Assembly: GCA_963834885.1 (NCBI GenBank)
Contig: CAWIDF010000008.1
Location: 217,371-281,370 of the forward strand
DNA: 64,000 nt
Origin: an uncultured Solirubrobacterales bacterium
GTDB lineage: Bacteria; Actinomycetota; Thermoleophilia; Solirubrobacterales; Solirubrobacteraceae
Reading direction: 5' to 3'
The notes below the pieces were generated by a model. It was not told the DNA's origin, did no database searches, and worked only from the letters and a program-made list of their open reading frames with translations. The translations under genes were made by a program, and so were the position numbers. Shown here in pieces: positions 46,125 to 55,393 of the stretch. How positions within the stretch are numbered: the first letter of the stretch is position 1; each line of letters starts with the position of its first letter.

Positions 46125-46349
46125 CTACCTTGTCCCGAAGCCCACGCGGTGGTCCTCGTGGTCGACGAGGACGTACACAACGCGCTTGAGGTCGAGCGCG
46201 ACGGTGCCGTCTTCGGCGGGGAGGTCCCACCACGTGTCGGACCCGAGCGCCTGCCGAAGCTCGGTCAGATCGGTCGGGTTCACGCGAGCGCTGAGGACCT
46301 GGCCGCCTTCGAAGCCGATCGAGATCTTCTGTGGCTTTTCGTCTGGCAT
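46125..46349 (-). CDS. Small protein, DUF3107-like
   Basis: KISIGF...VVYV...HRVGFG resembles actinobacterial DUF3107; 1 nt after mce stop. Confidence 0.65.
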   Translation of the reverse strand: MPDEKPQKISIGFEGGQVLSARVNPTDLTELRQALGSDTWWDLPAEDGTVALDLKRVVYVLVDHEDHRVGFGTR

Positions 46350-46350
46350 A

Positions 46351-46749
46351 TCAGTGTTGGACGATTTCGGTGAGGACTCCGCCGGTGGAGCTCGGGTGCA
46401 CGAAGGCTACCTGGGTGCCGCGGATACCGGTGCGCGGCCGCTCGTCGATCAGCCGGACGCCGGCGGCGCTGAGCGCGCTCAGAGTGTCCTGTACAGAGGC
46501 GACGCGGTAGGCGACGTGGTGCAGCCCGGGCCCCTTGCGGGCCAGGAACTTGCCCACCGTGGTATCGGGCCCGAGCGGCTGAAGCAGCTCGATATGCGAG
46601 TCGCCGACGTCGAGCAGCGCCGCGTCGACCCCCTGCTCGTGGACTGTCTCTCGGTGCACGAGCGGCATCCCGAGGGTGTCGCGGTACACCGCAAGCGCGG
46701 CGTCGATCGACTCGACGGCCACGCCGACGTGATCGATCGCCGTCAGCAT
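46351..46749 (-). CDS. mce: Methylmalonyl-CoA epimerase (VOC family)
   Basis: IDHVGVAV, IELLQPL, GPGLHHVAYRV, FVHPSSTGGVLTEIVQ. Confidence 0.92.
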   Translation of the reverse strand: MLTAIDHVGVAVESIDAALAVYRDTLGMPLVHRETVHEQGVDAALLDVGDSHIELLQPLGPDTTVGKFLARKGPGLHHVAYRVASVQDTLSALSAAGVRLIDERPRTGIRGTQVAFVHPSSTGGVLTEIVQH

Positions 46750-46762
46750 TCGCCGCCGGAGA

Positions 46763-48385
46763 CTACCGGCGGCCGGGTTCGGGCGGCGCGGCCGGGTTGA
46801 CCGCGGTGGCGGCGGCGACCGACAGCTGGCCGATGCGCGCCGGCGCCGCGCGAGGGACGTTGCCCATGATCCGGTCGATGTCGGCGCGCTCGAGCACCTC
46901 GTTGGTCAGCAGAGTGGCGGCGAGCTCGTCGAGCTGGACGCGGTGCGCGTCGACGATGTGCTGGGCGGCGCGATAGGCCTCGTCGGCCAGCTCGCGGACC
47001 TCGGCGTCGCGGACGCGGCGCGTCGCCTCGGCCGCGCCGTCGTCGATCGCGCGCAGCGAGCCCGAGCCGGTGCCCATCGCGTACTCGTGGACCATCGAGT
47101 GCGCGATCTCCGCGACGCGCCTGAGGTCATCCGACGCCCCGGTGGTGATCGAGCCGAACACCAGTTGCTCTGCGGCGCGTCCGCCCAGCAGCATGGTCAT
47201 GAAGTCGATCAGCTCCTCGCGCGTCTTCAGATACCGGTCCTCCTCGGGGAGGTTCAGCGTGTAGCCGAGGGCACGGCCGCGCGGGACGATCGAGATCCGG
47301 TGCACGCGGTCGACGCTCGGAAGCAGCTCTCCGCACAGAGCGTGTCCGGCCTCGTGATAGGCGACGACGCGCTTCTCGTGGTCGGTCATCGTCTTGCGCG
47401 ACTGGACGCCGGCCACCACGCGCTCCAGGGCAGAGTCGAAGTCGCGCATGTGCAGACGGTCGACGCCGCGCCGGGCGGCAAAGATCGCGGCCTCGTTGCA
47501 GATGTTCGCGAGGTCGGCCCCGGTCAGCCCCGAGGTCTGGCGAGCCAGCAGCCCCAGGTTGACGTCGTCGGCCAGCGGCTTGTTGCGCGAGTGGACGTGG
47601 AAGATCCGCTCGCGCCCGGTCACGTCGGGGGGTGAGACGAAGATCTGGCGGTCGAACCGGCCGGGGCGCAGGAGCGCCGGGTCGAGCTTCTCGAGCAGGT
47701 TCGACGCGGCGATCACCACCACGTCCTTGCGCGCGGTGAAGCCGTCCATCTCGACGAGGAGCTGGTTCAGCGTCTGGTCGCGCTCGCCGGAGACGTCGAA
47801 CCCGCGGTGCCCGCCGACGGCGTCGAGCTCGTCGATGAACACGATGGCCGGCGCCTGTTTGCGGGCGGCTTTGAACAAGTGGCGGATGCGGGCGGCGCCG
47901 ACGCCGACGAACATCTCGACGAACGCCGCCGCGGACTGGGAGAAGAAGGTGGCCCCGGACTCGTGGGCCACGGCCTTGGCCAGGAGCGTCTTGCCCGTGC
48001 CGGGCGGCCCGTGGAGGAGGATGCCCTTCGGCACCTTGGCGCCGAGCTCGCGGAAGCGCTGCGGATCCTTGAGGTAGTCGACCACCTCGCGCAGCTCCTC
48101 CTTGGCCTCGTCGGAGCCGGCGATCTCGGCCCAGCCGATGCTCGGAGCCGCGTCCGGCTTGATCTTGGCGGGCCGGGTGCGCGGCATGAACCGCATCAGC
48201 GCGAATACGCCGATGACCAGCGCGCCCATGAACACGATCGGCAGCCACGCCTGAAGGAACGAGGTCACGTCGGGATAGCCCATGAACGTGCTCGGGGCGT
48301 GGAAGATGGGGAGGAGGAGGTGGTGAGTGGGATGGGCCCCCGTGGTCGCCCCGCCTCCTCCGATGAAGGTTGCCGCCTGGATCAT
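46763..48385 (-). CDS. ftsH: FtsH-like AAA+ Zn metalloprotease with short single-TM N-terminus
   Basis: GPPGTGKT, VFIDELD, DPALLRPGRFDR, HEAGH, TGASDDL. Confidence 0.9.
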   Translation of the reverse strand: MIQAATFIGGGGATTGAHPTHHLLLPIFHAPSTFMGYPDVTSFLQAWLPIVFMGALVIGVFALMRFMPRTRPAKIKPDAAPSIGWAEIAGSDEAKEELREVVDYLKDPQRFRELGAKVPKGILLHGPPGTGKTLLAKAVAHESGATFFSQSAAAFVEMFVGVGAARIRHLFKAARKQAPAIVFIDELDAVGGHRGFDVSGERDQTLNQLLVEMDGFTARKDVVVIAASNLLEKLDPALLRPGRFDRQIFVSPPDVTGRERIFHVHSRNKPLADDVNLGLLARQTSGLTGADLANICNEAAIFAARRGVDRLHMRDFDSALERVVAGVQSRKTMTDHEKRVVAYHEAGHALCGELLPSVDRVHRISIVPRGRALGYTLNLPEEDRYLKTREELIDFMTMLLGGRAAEQLVFGSITTGASDDLRRVAEIAHSMVHEYAMGTGSGSLRAIDDGAAEATRRVRDAEVRELADEAYRAAQHIVDAHRVQLDELAATLLTNEVLERADIDRIMGNVPRAAPARIGQLSVAAATAVNPAAPPEPGRR

Positions 48386-48418
48386 GAGGCTCTTCCGCTC
48401 ATCGGCACGCCCGCGGAG

Positions 48419-49513
48419 TTACTCAACCCTCTCGAGCCGCGGGTTCGGCGAATAGCGGCGCCCGACCTTCGCCTGGGGACGCCCGTCGACCAGCACGACG
48501 TCGGCGGTGAAGTCGTTGTCGCCGCGGATCAGCGATGAGCCGACCCCGTAGGCGTCCACCGGGATGCCCTTGGACTCGAACTCCTGGATCCGCTCCACGG
48601 TGAACCCGCCGCTGGCCACGATCCGAACGTCGGGATAGCCCGCCTCGTCGAGCGCGCCGCGGACCTTCTCGACCAGGCGCGGGTTGACGCCGGTGGGCTT
48701 GAACCCGCCCATCTCGGTCCACAGCGAATGGTCGACGAGGTCCTCGCTGGTGTCCAGGCGCAGGCCCCAAAGCTTCGGCCCCAGGGCCTCGGCCACCTCC
48801 AGCGCAGTCCTGACCGAGTCGTTCTCGAAGTCGGCCAGCACGGTGATGTTCATCTCGCCGTGGTAGCGGTCGGCGAACACCCTGGCCGCTCTGACCGTGT
48901 CCCCGCCGTAGGCGGCGATCAGCGCGTGCGGGACCGTACCGATGCCACGTCCGCCCCACCACGAGGCCTGGGCGTCGGTCGACACGCCGATCGCGCCGGC
49001 CACGTGCGCGCTCCAGCCGTCGCCGGTCTGCACGAGCCAGTGGTCGTGCCGCGCCGGGAAGAAGAAGATCTGCTTGCCCCGGGCGGCGTGGACCACCTGC
49101 AGGACGTTGCGCATGATCAGCGACCGGCGGGCCAGGGTGCCGAGATACACGGTCTCGAGGTGCGCGAACAGGCTGTAGTCGCCCTCGATCGTCATCACCG
49201 TCTCGTGCGGGGCGATCTGGTCGCCTTCGCGCAGGGCTTGCACCTCGAGGTCGTTCCAGCCCGAGACCCACGTGCCATCCTCCCCTTCGCGGCCCGAGCA
49301 CAGCTTGAGGACCGCGATCGCCTCGTCGATTCCGCCGAGCACCGAGTCCCGCTTCTGGAACACCTGCATCGTGACGTGCGGGCGGTGGTCCTCCGCCTCG
49401 AGCAGCTGCTTGGTGTAGACGAAGTACGCGTCGGAGTAGTAGCCCCGCCGGATGCGGTCGACGGGCAGGCGGAAGATCGCGGGATCGAGCCGCGCCTGGG
49501 TCTGCGTCGCCAT
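48419..49513 (-). CDS. pncB: Nicotinate phosphoribosyltransferase (QPRTase/NAPRTase family)
   Basis: GYYSDAYF, FFPARHDH, GTVPHALI, LADFEND, LRLDTS, IVASGGF. Confidence 0.82.
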   Translation of the reverse strand: MATQTQARLDPAIFRLPVDRIRRGYYSDAYFVYTKQLLEAEDHRPHVTMQVFQKRDSVLGGIDEAIAVLKLCSGREGEDGTWVSGWNDLEVQALREGDQIAPHETVMTIEGDYSLFAHLETVYLGTLARRSLIMRNVLQVVHAARGKQIFFFPARHDHWLVQTGDGWSAHVAGAIGVSTDAQASWWGGRGIGTVPHALIAAYGGDTVRAARVFADRYHGEMNITVLADFENDSVRTALEVAEALGPKLWGLRLDTSEDLVDHSLWTEMGGFKPTGVNPRLVEKVRGALDEAGYPDVRIVASGGFTVERIQEFESKGIPVDAYGVGSSLIRGDNDFTADVVLVDGRPQAKVGRRYSPNPRLERVE

Positions 49514-49588
49514 GCGGGAAGTCTATGCGGGCCACGGCGCGGGGCGGCGGGGTGGCATCCGCGCCCGGCCGCGTAGCATCACCGGACC

Positions 49589-50380
49589 GTGGCGGCCCGA
49601 GACGACGACCTGGCACTCGCCCTCGAGCTCGCCGAGGTGGCCGACTCGATCACGCGGGAGCGCTTCCAGGCCGCCGACCTGGTGGTCGAGACCAAGCCCG
49701 ACCTCACCCCGGTCACCGAGGCGGACACCGCCGTCGAGCGGACGCTGCGCGAGCGCCTGGCCGAGGCCCGTCCCGGCGACGCGATTGTGGGCGAGGAATA
49801 CGGCTCGTCCGACACCCCCGACAACGGGCGGCGGTGGATCGTCGATCCGATCGACGGGACCAAGAACTACGTTCGCGGGATCCCCGTGTGGGCGACGCTG
49901 CTGGCGCTTCAGGAGGGCGACGAGATGACGGTCGGCGTGGTGTCCGCGCCGGCGCTGGGGCGCCGCTGGTGGGCGGCCAGGGGTGCCGGCGCGTTCATGA
50001 GCGACGGTCTGTCGCTCGGGCCGCGCCGGCTGCGGGTCTCGGCGGTGCGCGTCCTCGAGGACGCGCAACTGTGCGTCTCGGGCCTCGACGGCTGGGACGC
50101 GGCCGGCGGGACCGACCGGCTGCTGGCGCTGGCCCGCAGCTGCTGGCGCACGCGCGGGTTCGGCGACTTCTGGATCTACATGCTGGTGGCCGAAGGCGTA
50201 GCCGAGATCGGCTGCGAGGCGGCGGTGTCGCTGTGGGATCTCGCCGCGCCGCAGGTGATCGTGGAAGAGGCGGGGGGAACGTTCACCGACCTCGGCGGGG
50301 CGCGGACGGCCGACGGCGGCGACGCGCTCGCGACCAACGGGTTGCTGCACGAGCAGGCGCTCGCGCTCGTACGCCGCTGA
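49589..50380 (+). CDS. hisN: Histidinol-phosphatase (IMPase family)
   Basis: KPDLTPVTEAD, WIVDPIDGTKNYVRGIPVWATL, RTRGFGDFW, LWDLAA. Confidence 0.88.
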   Translation: MAARDDDLALALELAEVADSITRERFQAADLVVETKPDLTPVTEADTAVERTLRERLAEARPGDAIVGEEYGSSDTPDNGRRWIVDPIDGTKNYVRGIPVWATLLALQEGDEMTVGVVSAPALGRRWWAARGAGAFMSDGLSLGPRRLRVSAVRVLEDAQLCVSGLDGWDAAGGTDRLLALARSCWRTRGFGDFWIYMLVAEGVAEIGCEAAVSLWDLAAPQVIVEEAGGTFTDLGGARTADGGDALATNGLLHEQALALVRR

Positions 50381-50395
50381 GGTCCCCGGACGGGC

Positions 50396-51106
50396 TCAGA
50401 CCGGGAACGTCCGCGCCAGGAAATCCTTCGTGATCTCCCAGGCGCGCGCGGCCGGCTCGGGTTGGTGGAACATCGGCGCGTCGTGGTTGTCGAAGGCGTG
50501 ACCGGCGTCCTCCTGGACGTGGCACTCCATCCCGGGCCGGGAGGCGGCGAACGCGCACACCTGGTCGACCTGCTCGCGCGCGATGTACTGGTCCTGCCCA
50601 CCGAAGTGGAACAGCACCGGGCATGAGATCCGCTCGCCGTCGGCGAGCGCGCCCGCGATCCCGGAGCCGTAGTAGCAGACCGCCACGTCGGGATCGTCCT
50701 GGACCGCGACCTGGAAGGCCAGTGTCCCGCCGAGGCAGAAGCCGAGCACGCCGGCCCTCGCGCCAGTGACCTCGGGCAGCGCCCGCAACGTGGTCAGCGC
50801 GTCGATCGAGTCGCGTACGGCTAGACCGAAATCGAGCTTCTGCACGGTCTCGAACGCGCGGCCCATACCGGCCTCGTCGTGGTCGAGCACGATGCCGCGC
50901 TCGATCCGCCAGTACAGATCGGGGGCGAGCGCGACGTATCCGAGGCGAGCCAGCCGATCGGCCGACTCCTTGATGTACGAGCCGACGCCGAAGATCTCCT
51001 GGAGCACGACAATCCCGGGGCCCGAGCCCGACTCGGGCAGCGCGACGTGGGCGTCCATCGTGCCGTCGCCGGTGGTTATCGGGTCGACGCGGACCGTGCT
51101 CGCCAC
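50396..51106 (-). CDS. Dienelactone hydrolase family protein
   Basis: QEIFGV, LAPDLY, GFCLGG, YYG, AGHAF. Confidence 0.92.
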   Translation of the reverse strand: MASTVRVDPITTGDGTMDAHVALPESGSGPGIVVLQEIFGVGSYIKESADRLARLGYVALAPDLYWRIERGIVLDHDEAGMGRAFETVQKLDFGLAVRDSIDALTTLRALPEVTGARAGVLGFCLGGTLAFQVAVQDDPDVAVCYYGSGIAGALADGERISCPVLFHFGGQDQYIAREQVDQVCAFAASRPGMECHVQEDAGHAFDNHDAPMFHQPEPAARAWEITKDFLARTFPV

Positions 51107-51117
51107 GGCGGGGAAGC

Positions 51118-51579
51118 CTAACCGCTGACGCGGGAGGCCGGCGTCGGGTCGGCGCCGGCGACCGTGAGTTCCATCCGGTAGTGCGGCCCGATATCCGGCG
51201 GCTCGAACTCATCCGAGGCGGTGACGAAGCCCGCGCGCTGATACAGCTTGAGCGCCCGCGTGCGGGCGTTGCACCACACGCGGGTCGCGCCCTGATCGAT
51301 CGCGTGCTCGACGAGGGCGTGCAGGATCGCGCTGCCGGCGCCCCGGCCCCGCGCGTCCGGACGCGTGGCCATCCCGCGCACGCGCCAGTCGCCGGGCTCG
51401 CCGTCCGGGCCCACCAGCCCGACCGCGACCAGGTCGCCATCGGCGAAGGCGCCGAACGCCACCGCGCCGGCGGGCTCGTGTGTGGCCAGCTCCTCGACCT
51501 CCATGTACGGACGGAGCACGTCCCGGCGCAGGACACGGGTCTCCTCGAGCGAAACCGGACGTAACGACAACTGAGCCAT
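51118..51579 (-). CDS. GNAT acetyltransferase
   Basis: RVRGMATRPDARGRGAG, WCNART, YQRAGF. Confidence 0.9.
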   Translation of the reverse strand: MAQLSLRPVSLEETRVLRRDVLRPYMEVEELATHEPAGAVAFGAFADGDLVAVGLVGPDGEPGDWRVRGMATRPDARGRGAGSAILHALVEHAIDQGATRVWCNARTRALKLYQRAGFVTASDEFEPPDIGPHYRMELTVAGADPTPASRVSG

Positions 51580-51655
51580 CAGGCACAGCGTAGAGACCGG
51601 GCTCGGAGGCGCCCGGCGATCCCGGGCGGGTACCTTGACAAGGGGAGAGTCAGAT

Positions 51656-52825
51656 ATGGGCGGCGAAATTCACCCGACGAGGGATCGCGACGAGCCGGCG
51701 ACCGCCGAGCCGTCGCCGGATGAGCTCGACACCACGCCCGACGAACAGGACACGGACGACGGACCTACCATCACCGCGACGGGCCCGGTCTCCCGCCGCA
51801 ATGTCGTGTTCGCGATCCTGTTCTTCGCGGCGGCGCTGGCCGGTCTGTACTTCCTGATCCCGAAGGTCACCGGCCTGAACCAGACGTGGGGCCAGATCAG
51901 CCGGGGCAACCCGCTGTGGCTCGCGCTCGCGGCCGGGCTCGAGTTCCTATCGGTGGCGAGCTACGCGGTCCTGTTCCGGACCGTGTTCGCCCGGGACACG
52001 CCGCGGATCGGGTGGCGCGCCAGCGTCGAGATCCCGCTCGCCGGCATCGCCGCGATCCGGCTGCTCGCCGCCGCGGGCGCCGGCGGCGTCGCGGTCACGG
52101 TGTGGGCGCTGCGCCGCGCCGGCATGTCCGCGAAGGTGATCGCCTGCCGGATGGCGGCCAACTACGCGATCCAGTACTCGATCTACCTCGCCGCGATGGT
52201 CGTGGCCGGACTTGGGCTGTGGACCGGCGTGCTCGCGGGTCAGGGGCCGACCGCCCTGACCCTCATCCCGGCCATTCTGAGTGCCGCGGCGCTGGCGTTG
52301 GGGGCGGCGATGGGGCTCGTGCCGCGGGACTTCGAGCGGCGCCTGGATCACCTCTCGCGGCGCTCCGGCCGGATCGGCCGCCTGGCGACCAGGTTCGCGA
52401 CGCTGCCCGCCACGCTCGGATCGGGTGTGCGCACCGCGCTCGACCTGATCCGGCAACGGCACTGGGGGCTGCTCGGCGCGGTCGGCTACTGGGCCTTCGA
52501 CATCGCGACGCTCGGCGCGTCGTTCCGCGCCTTCGGGACCGTGGTGCCCGTGGCCGTGCTCGTGATGGGGTACTTCCTCGGGACGCTCGGCAGCCTGCTG
52601 CCGCTCCCCGGCGGGATCGGCGGGGTCGAGGGCGGGATGATCGGAGCGTTCGCGGCGTTCGGGCTTCCGGCGGGGCGGGCCGTGATCGCGGTGCTCGCGT
52701 ACCGGGCGATCTCGTTCTGGCTGCCCACGCTGCCTGGAATCGGCGGCTACGTCACGCTCCGCTCGACGGTCCGCGGGTGGCGTCTGGCCGACGACGAGCA
52801 GGGCGAAGCGCCCAGAGAGGGCTGA
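51656..52825 (+). CDS. Lysylphosphatidylglycerol-synthase TM / flippase-like membrane protein (UPF0104)
   Basis: Multi-TM; LPLPGGIGGVEGGM, LAYRAISFWLP. Confidence 0.85.
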   Translation: MGGEIHPTRDRDEPATAEPSPDELDTTPDEQDTDDGPTITATGPVSRRNVVFAILFFAAALAGLYFLIPKVTGLNQTWGQISRGNPLWLALAAGLEFLSVASYAVLFRTVFARDTPRIGWRASVEIPLAGIAAIRLLAAAGAGGVAVTVWALRRAGMSAKVIACRMAANYAIQYSIYLAAMVVAGLGLWTGVLAGQGPTALTLIPAILSAAALALGAAMGLVPRDFERRLDHLSRRSGRIGRLATRFATLPATLGSGVRTALDLIRQRHWGLLGAVGYWAFDIATLGASFRAFGTVVPVAVLVMGYFLGTLGSLLPLPGGIGGVEGGMIGAFAAFGLPAGRAVIAVLAYRAISFWLPTLPGIGGYVTLRSTVRGWRLADDEQGEAPREG

Positions 52826-52831
52826 CCGGGA

Positions 52832-54469
52832 TTGTCCTCGAGCCGGGACGAACCAGGCGCAGCGACGCGCGTGGGGCTGGCGATCGACCGGGCGACCCGG
52901 TGGATCGGCCGGCTGCTGCGCGGCGAGGTCGTGAAACGCGTCGGCGGTCCGGCCCGGGCCAGGGTGATCGTGATCTTCGGCGCGGTGCTGGCGCTCAACG
53001 GCGCCGACACCGCGACGGTCGGCGCCGTGGCGCCGCAACTCGAGAGCGCCCTGCACATCGGCAACGCCAAGATCGGGCTGCTCGCCGCGGTGTCGCTGCT
53101 CGTCGGCGCCGTGTTCACGATCCCGGTTGGGTACCTGGTCGACCGGTTCAAGCGCATCCCGATGCTGTCGGCGAGCATCCTGCTGTGGAGCGTGGCGTCG
53201 CTGTTGAGCGCATTTGCCGGCAGCTACGGCACGCTTCTGCTGACGCGGCTGCTGCTCGGCGCGGTGGCCGCCACGGCCGGCCCGGCGATCGCCTCGCTGA
53301 CCGGCGACTACTTCCCGGCCCGCGAGCGCGGGCAGATCTATGCCTACATCCTCGGCGGGGAGATCGCGGGCACCGCCGTCGGCTTCATCATCTCGAGCAG
53401 CGTGGCCAGCCTGATCGACTGGCGGGCGGCGTTCGTGTTGCTGGCCATCCCCGGCTTCTTCCTCGCCCGCGAGCTGTACCGGACGGTGCCGGAGCCGCTG
53501 CGCGGCGGCCAGAGCCGGCTCGAGCCGGGGGTGGTGGATCTCCACGAGGCCGCGGCGCAGGCGGCCTCCAACCAGGAGTGGGAGTGGGAGCAATCGGGCG
53601 GCGGGGCTGCGCACGACGACGATCTCGCGCACCAGGCGGCCGAGAAGCGCGGGATCAAGCCGGATCCGGACCTGGTGCTGACCGAGGACCCGCGCGAGAT
53701 GCCACTGGCGCGCGCGGTCAGGTACATCCTCTCGATCCCGACCAACGTGCACCTGATCATCAGCTCGTCGCTCGGCTACTTCTACTTCTCCGGCCTCTCG
53801 ACCTTCGCGCTGCTGTTCGTCAAGGGCCACTACCACGTCAACCAGGCCACCGCCGAGGTGGTGCTGGCCGCGCTGGTCGGCGGCGCGATGATCGGCACGC
53901 TGCTGAGCGGCAAGATCACCGACACGATGGTGCGGAGGGGGTTCGTCGAGGCGCGCGTGTGGGTGCCGGCGCTCTGCTATATCGGCGCGGCGGCGTTGCT
54001 CATCCCGGGCCTGTTGGGCAAGCACCTGACGCCCGCGCTGTGGTTCGACGTGGCCGGCGCGTCGCTGATCTCGGCCGCGAATCCACCCCTCGACGCGGCG
54101 CGGCTCGACATCATGCCGGCCGGTCTGTGGGGCCGGGCCGAGAGCGTCCGGACGTTTCTGCGCTCGCTCGCCCAGGCCCTTGCCCCGCTCGTGTTCGGGG
54201 GGCTGTCTCAGCTGATCGCGGGAATCGTGCCGGCGCAGGCGCCGATCGGCACGCACACCGGCGGCGTCTCACCGAGCGAGGCCCGGGGGCTCGAGATCAG
54301 CTTCCTGATCCTGCTCTCGACGCTGTTCGCGGCGGGCGTGTTCCTGGCCCGGGCGCGCTTCACCTATGCGCAGGACGTCGCCACGGCCGGCGCCTCGCAG
54401 CAGGCGGTGGCGCGCAACCAGGCGCGCCGGCGCCCGCTACCCGCCGAGTCCGCCGAAGATCGCGAATGA
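52832..54469 (+). CDS. MFS transporter with long acidic central loop
   Basis: LVDRFKR, LTGDYFPARERG, DIMPAGLWGRAES; 6 nt after flippase-like gene. Confidence 0.85.
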   Translation: MSSSRDEPGAATRVGLAIDRATRWIGRLLRGEVVKRVGGPARARVIVIFGAVLALNGADTATVGAVAPQLESALHIGNAKIGLLAAVSLLVGAVFTIPVGYLVDRFKRIPMLSASILLWSVASLLSAFAGSYGTLLLTRLLLGAVAATAGPAIASLTGDYFPARERGQIYAYILGGEIAGTAVGFIISSSVASLIDWRAAFVLLAIPGFFLARELYRTVPEPLRGGQSRLEPGVVDLHEAAAQAASNQEWEWEQSGGGAAHDDDLAHQAAEKRGIKPDPDLVLTEDPREMPLARAVRYILSIPTNVHLIISSSLGYFYFSGLSTFALLFVKGHYHVNQATAEVVLAALVGGAMIGTLLSGKITDTMVRRGFVEARVWVPALCYIGAAALLIPGLLGKHLTPALWFDVAGASLISAANPPLDAARLDIMPAGLWGRAESVRTFLRSLAQALAPLVFGGLSQLIAGIVPAQAPIGTHTGGVSPSEARGLEISFLILLSTLFAAGVFLARARFTYAQDVATAGASQQAVARNQARRRPLPAESAEDRE

Positions 54470-55087
54470 GCCGCGTCCGGGATCGTCGTCCCAGGCGGCC
54501 CGCTGGCTCACCTCGGCGGTGACCGTCGCGCCCGGCGGGGCCTCGGCCCGCAGACGATCGGCCAGTGCGTTGGCGGCGTCCTCGTCGGTGGCCCCGACCA
54601 GCAGGTACTTCCATTTGCGGGCCACGGGCAGGCCCTCCCCGCGCAGCCGGTCGGCCAGCTTGACGGTTTCGCGGTGTGAGGAGCAGTGGACCTTGACCTC
54701 GTACTCGGCGTACCCGCGCTCGGTCGTCTCCTCGCGCTCGCGCGCGATCAGCACCGCGTGCTCTGCCGCGCGCTCGGCGTCTGACTGGGGCAGCGGCTTG
54801 TCGGGGTCCTCCCACTCCTCCGCGGTGGGATGCCAGCGCTTGAGCTCGAACTCGGCCTTCCAGCCGTGCTGGGCCGCGATCGCGCGGATGGCCTCGGCGG
54901 CCCGGTCGGCCTGCTCGCGCTCGCCGGCGTAGACGAGCACGTCGGGGCCGTCGCCGGAGACGATCAGACGGTCGCCGTACGCGCTCTTAAAGTCCTGGCT
55001 CAGCTCTTCGGCCTCGAGCCGCTCGGTCAGCGCCTTTGCCGCGCCCTCGTCGACGAGTTCAACCCTTAGTCGCCAATCGTCACTCAT
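54437..55087 (-). CDS. Hypothetical protein with apparent internal duplication, ending FAIFGGLGG
   Basis: Typical GC3 bias; TAACCT 9 nt upstream of ATG. Confidence 0.7.
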   Translation of the reverse strand: MSDDWRLRVELVDEGAAKALTERLEAEELSQDFKSAYGDRLIVSGDGPDVLVYAGEREQADRAAEAIRAIAAQHGWKAEFELKRWHPTAEEWEDPDKPLPQSDAERAAEHAVLIAREREETTERGYAEYEVKVHCSSHRETVKLADRLRGEGLPVARKWKYLLVGATDEDAANALADRLRAEAPPGATVTAEVSQRAAWDDDPGRGSFAIFGGLGG

Positions 55088-55158
55088 TGGGGCAGGAGGT
55101 TATTACGTTGCGGCAGCCGGGTGAAACCACGACTCCGATGGGGTATACGGGGGTGATC

Positions 55159-55341
55159 ATGAACCCGTTCTCAAATGACGTGAGCCTCGCGGTCGAGGCC
55201 TACGCCGCCTACCTGAACGCCCCGCGCGGGTTCCTCTCCAGCGACGAGCAGGCGCTGTTCGACGAGGACCTGGCCCGGGCGCGTGCCGCGATGGAGCGCG
55301 CCTGGCTCGAGGCGACGCCCGTCCAGGGCGACTCGCGCTAG
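55159..55341 (+). CDS. Small (60 aa) acidic helical hypothetical protein
   Basis: GC3-biased codons, fills gap between divergent gene and rarA; alternative ATG 55138. Confidence 0.5.
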   Translation: MNPFSNDVSLAVEAYAAYLNAPRGFLSSDEQALFDEDLARARAAMERAWLEATPVQGDSR

Positions 55342-55393
55342 GCCAAACGGCCTGCCCAGCCGGGCACTCGCCCCCGCGTCGCATACTTGTGAC

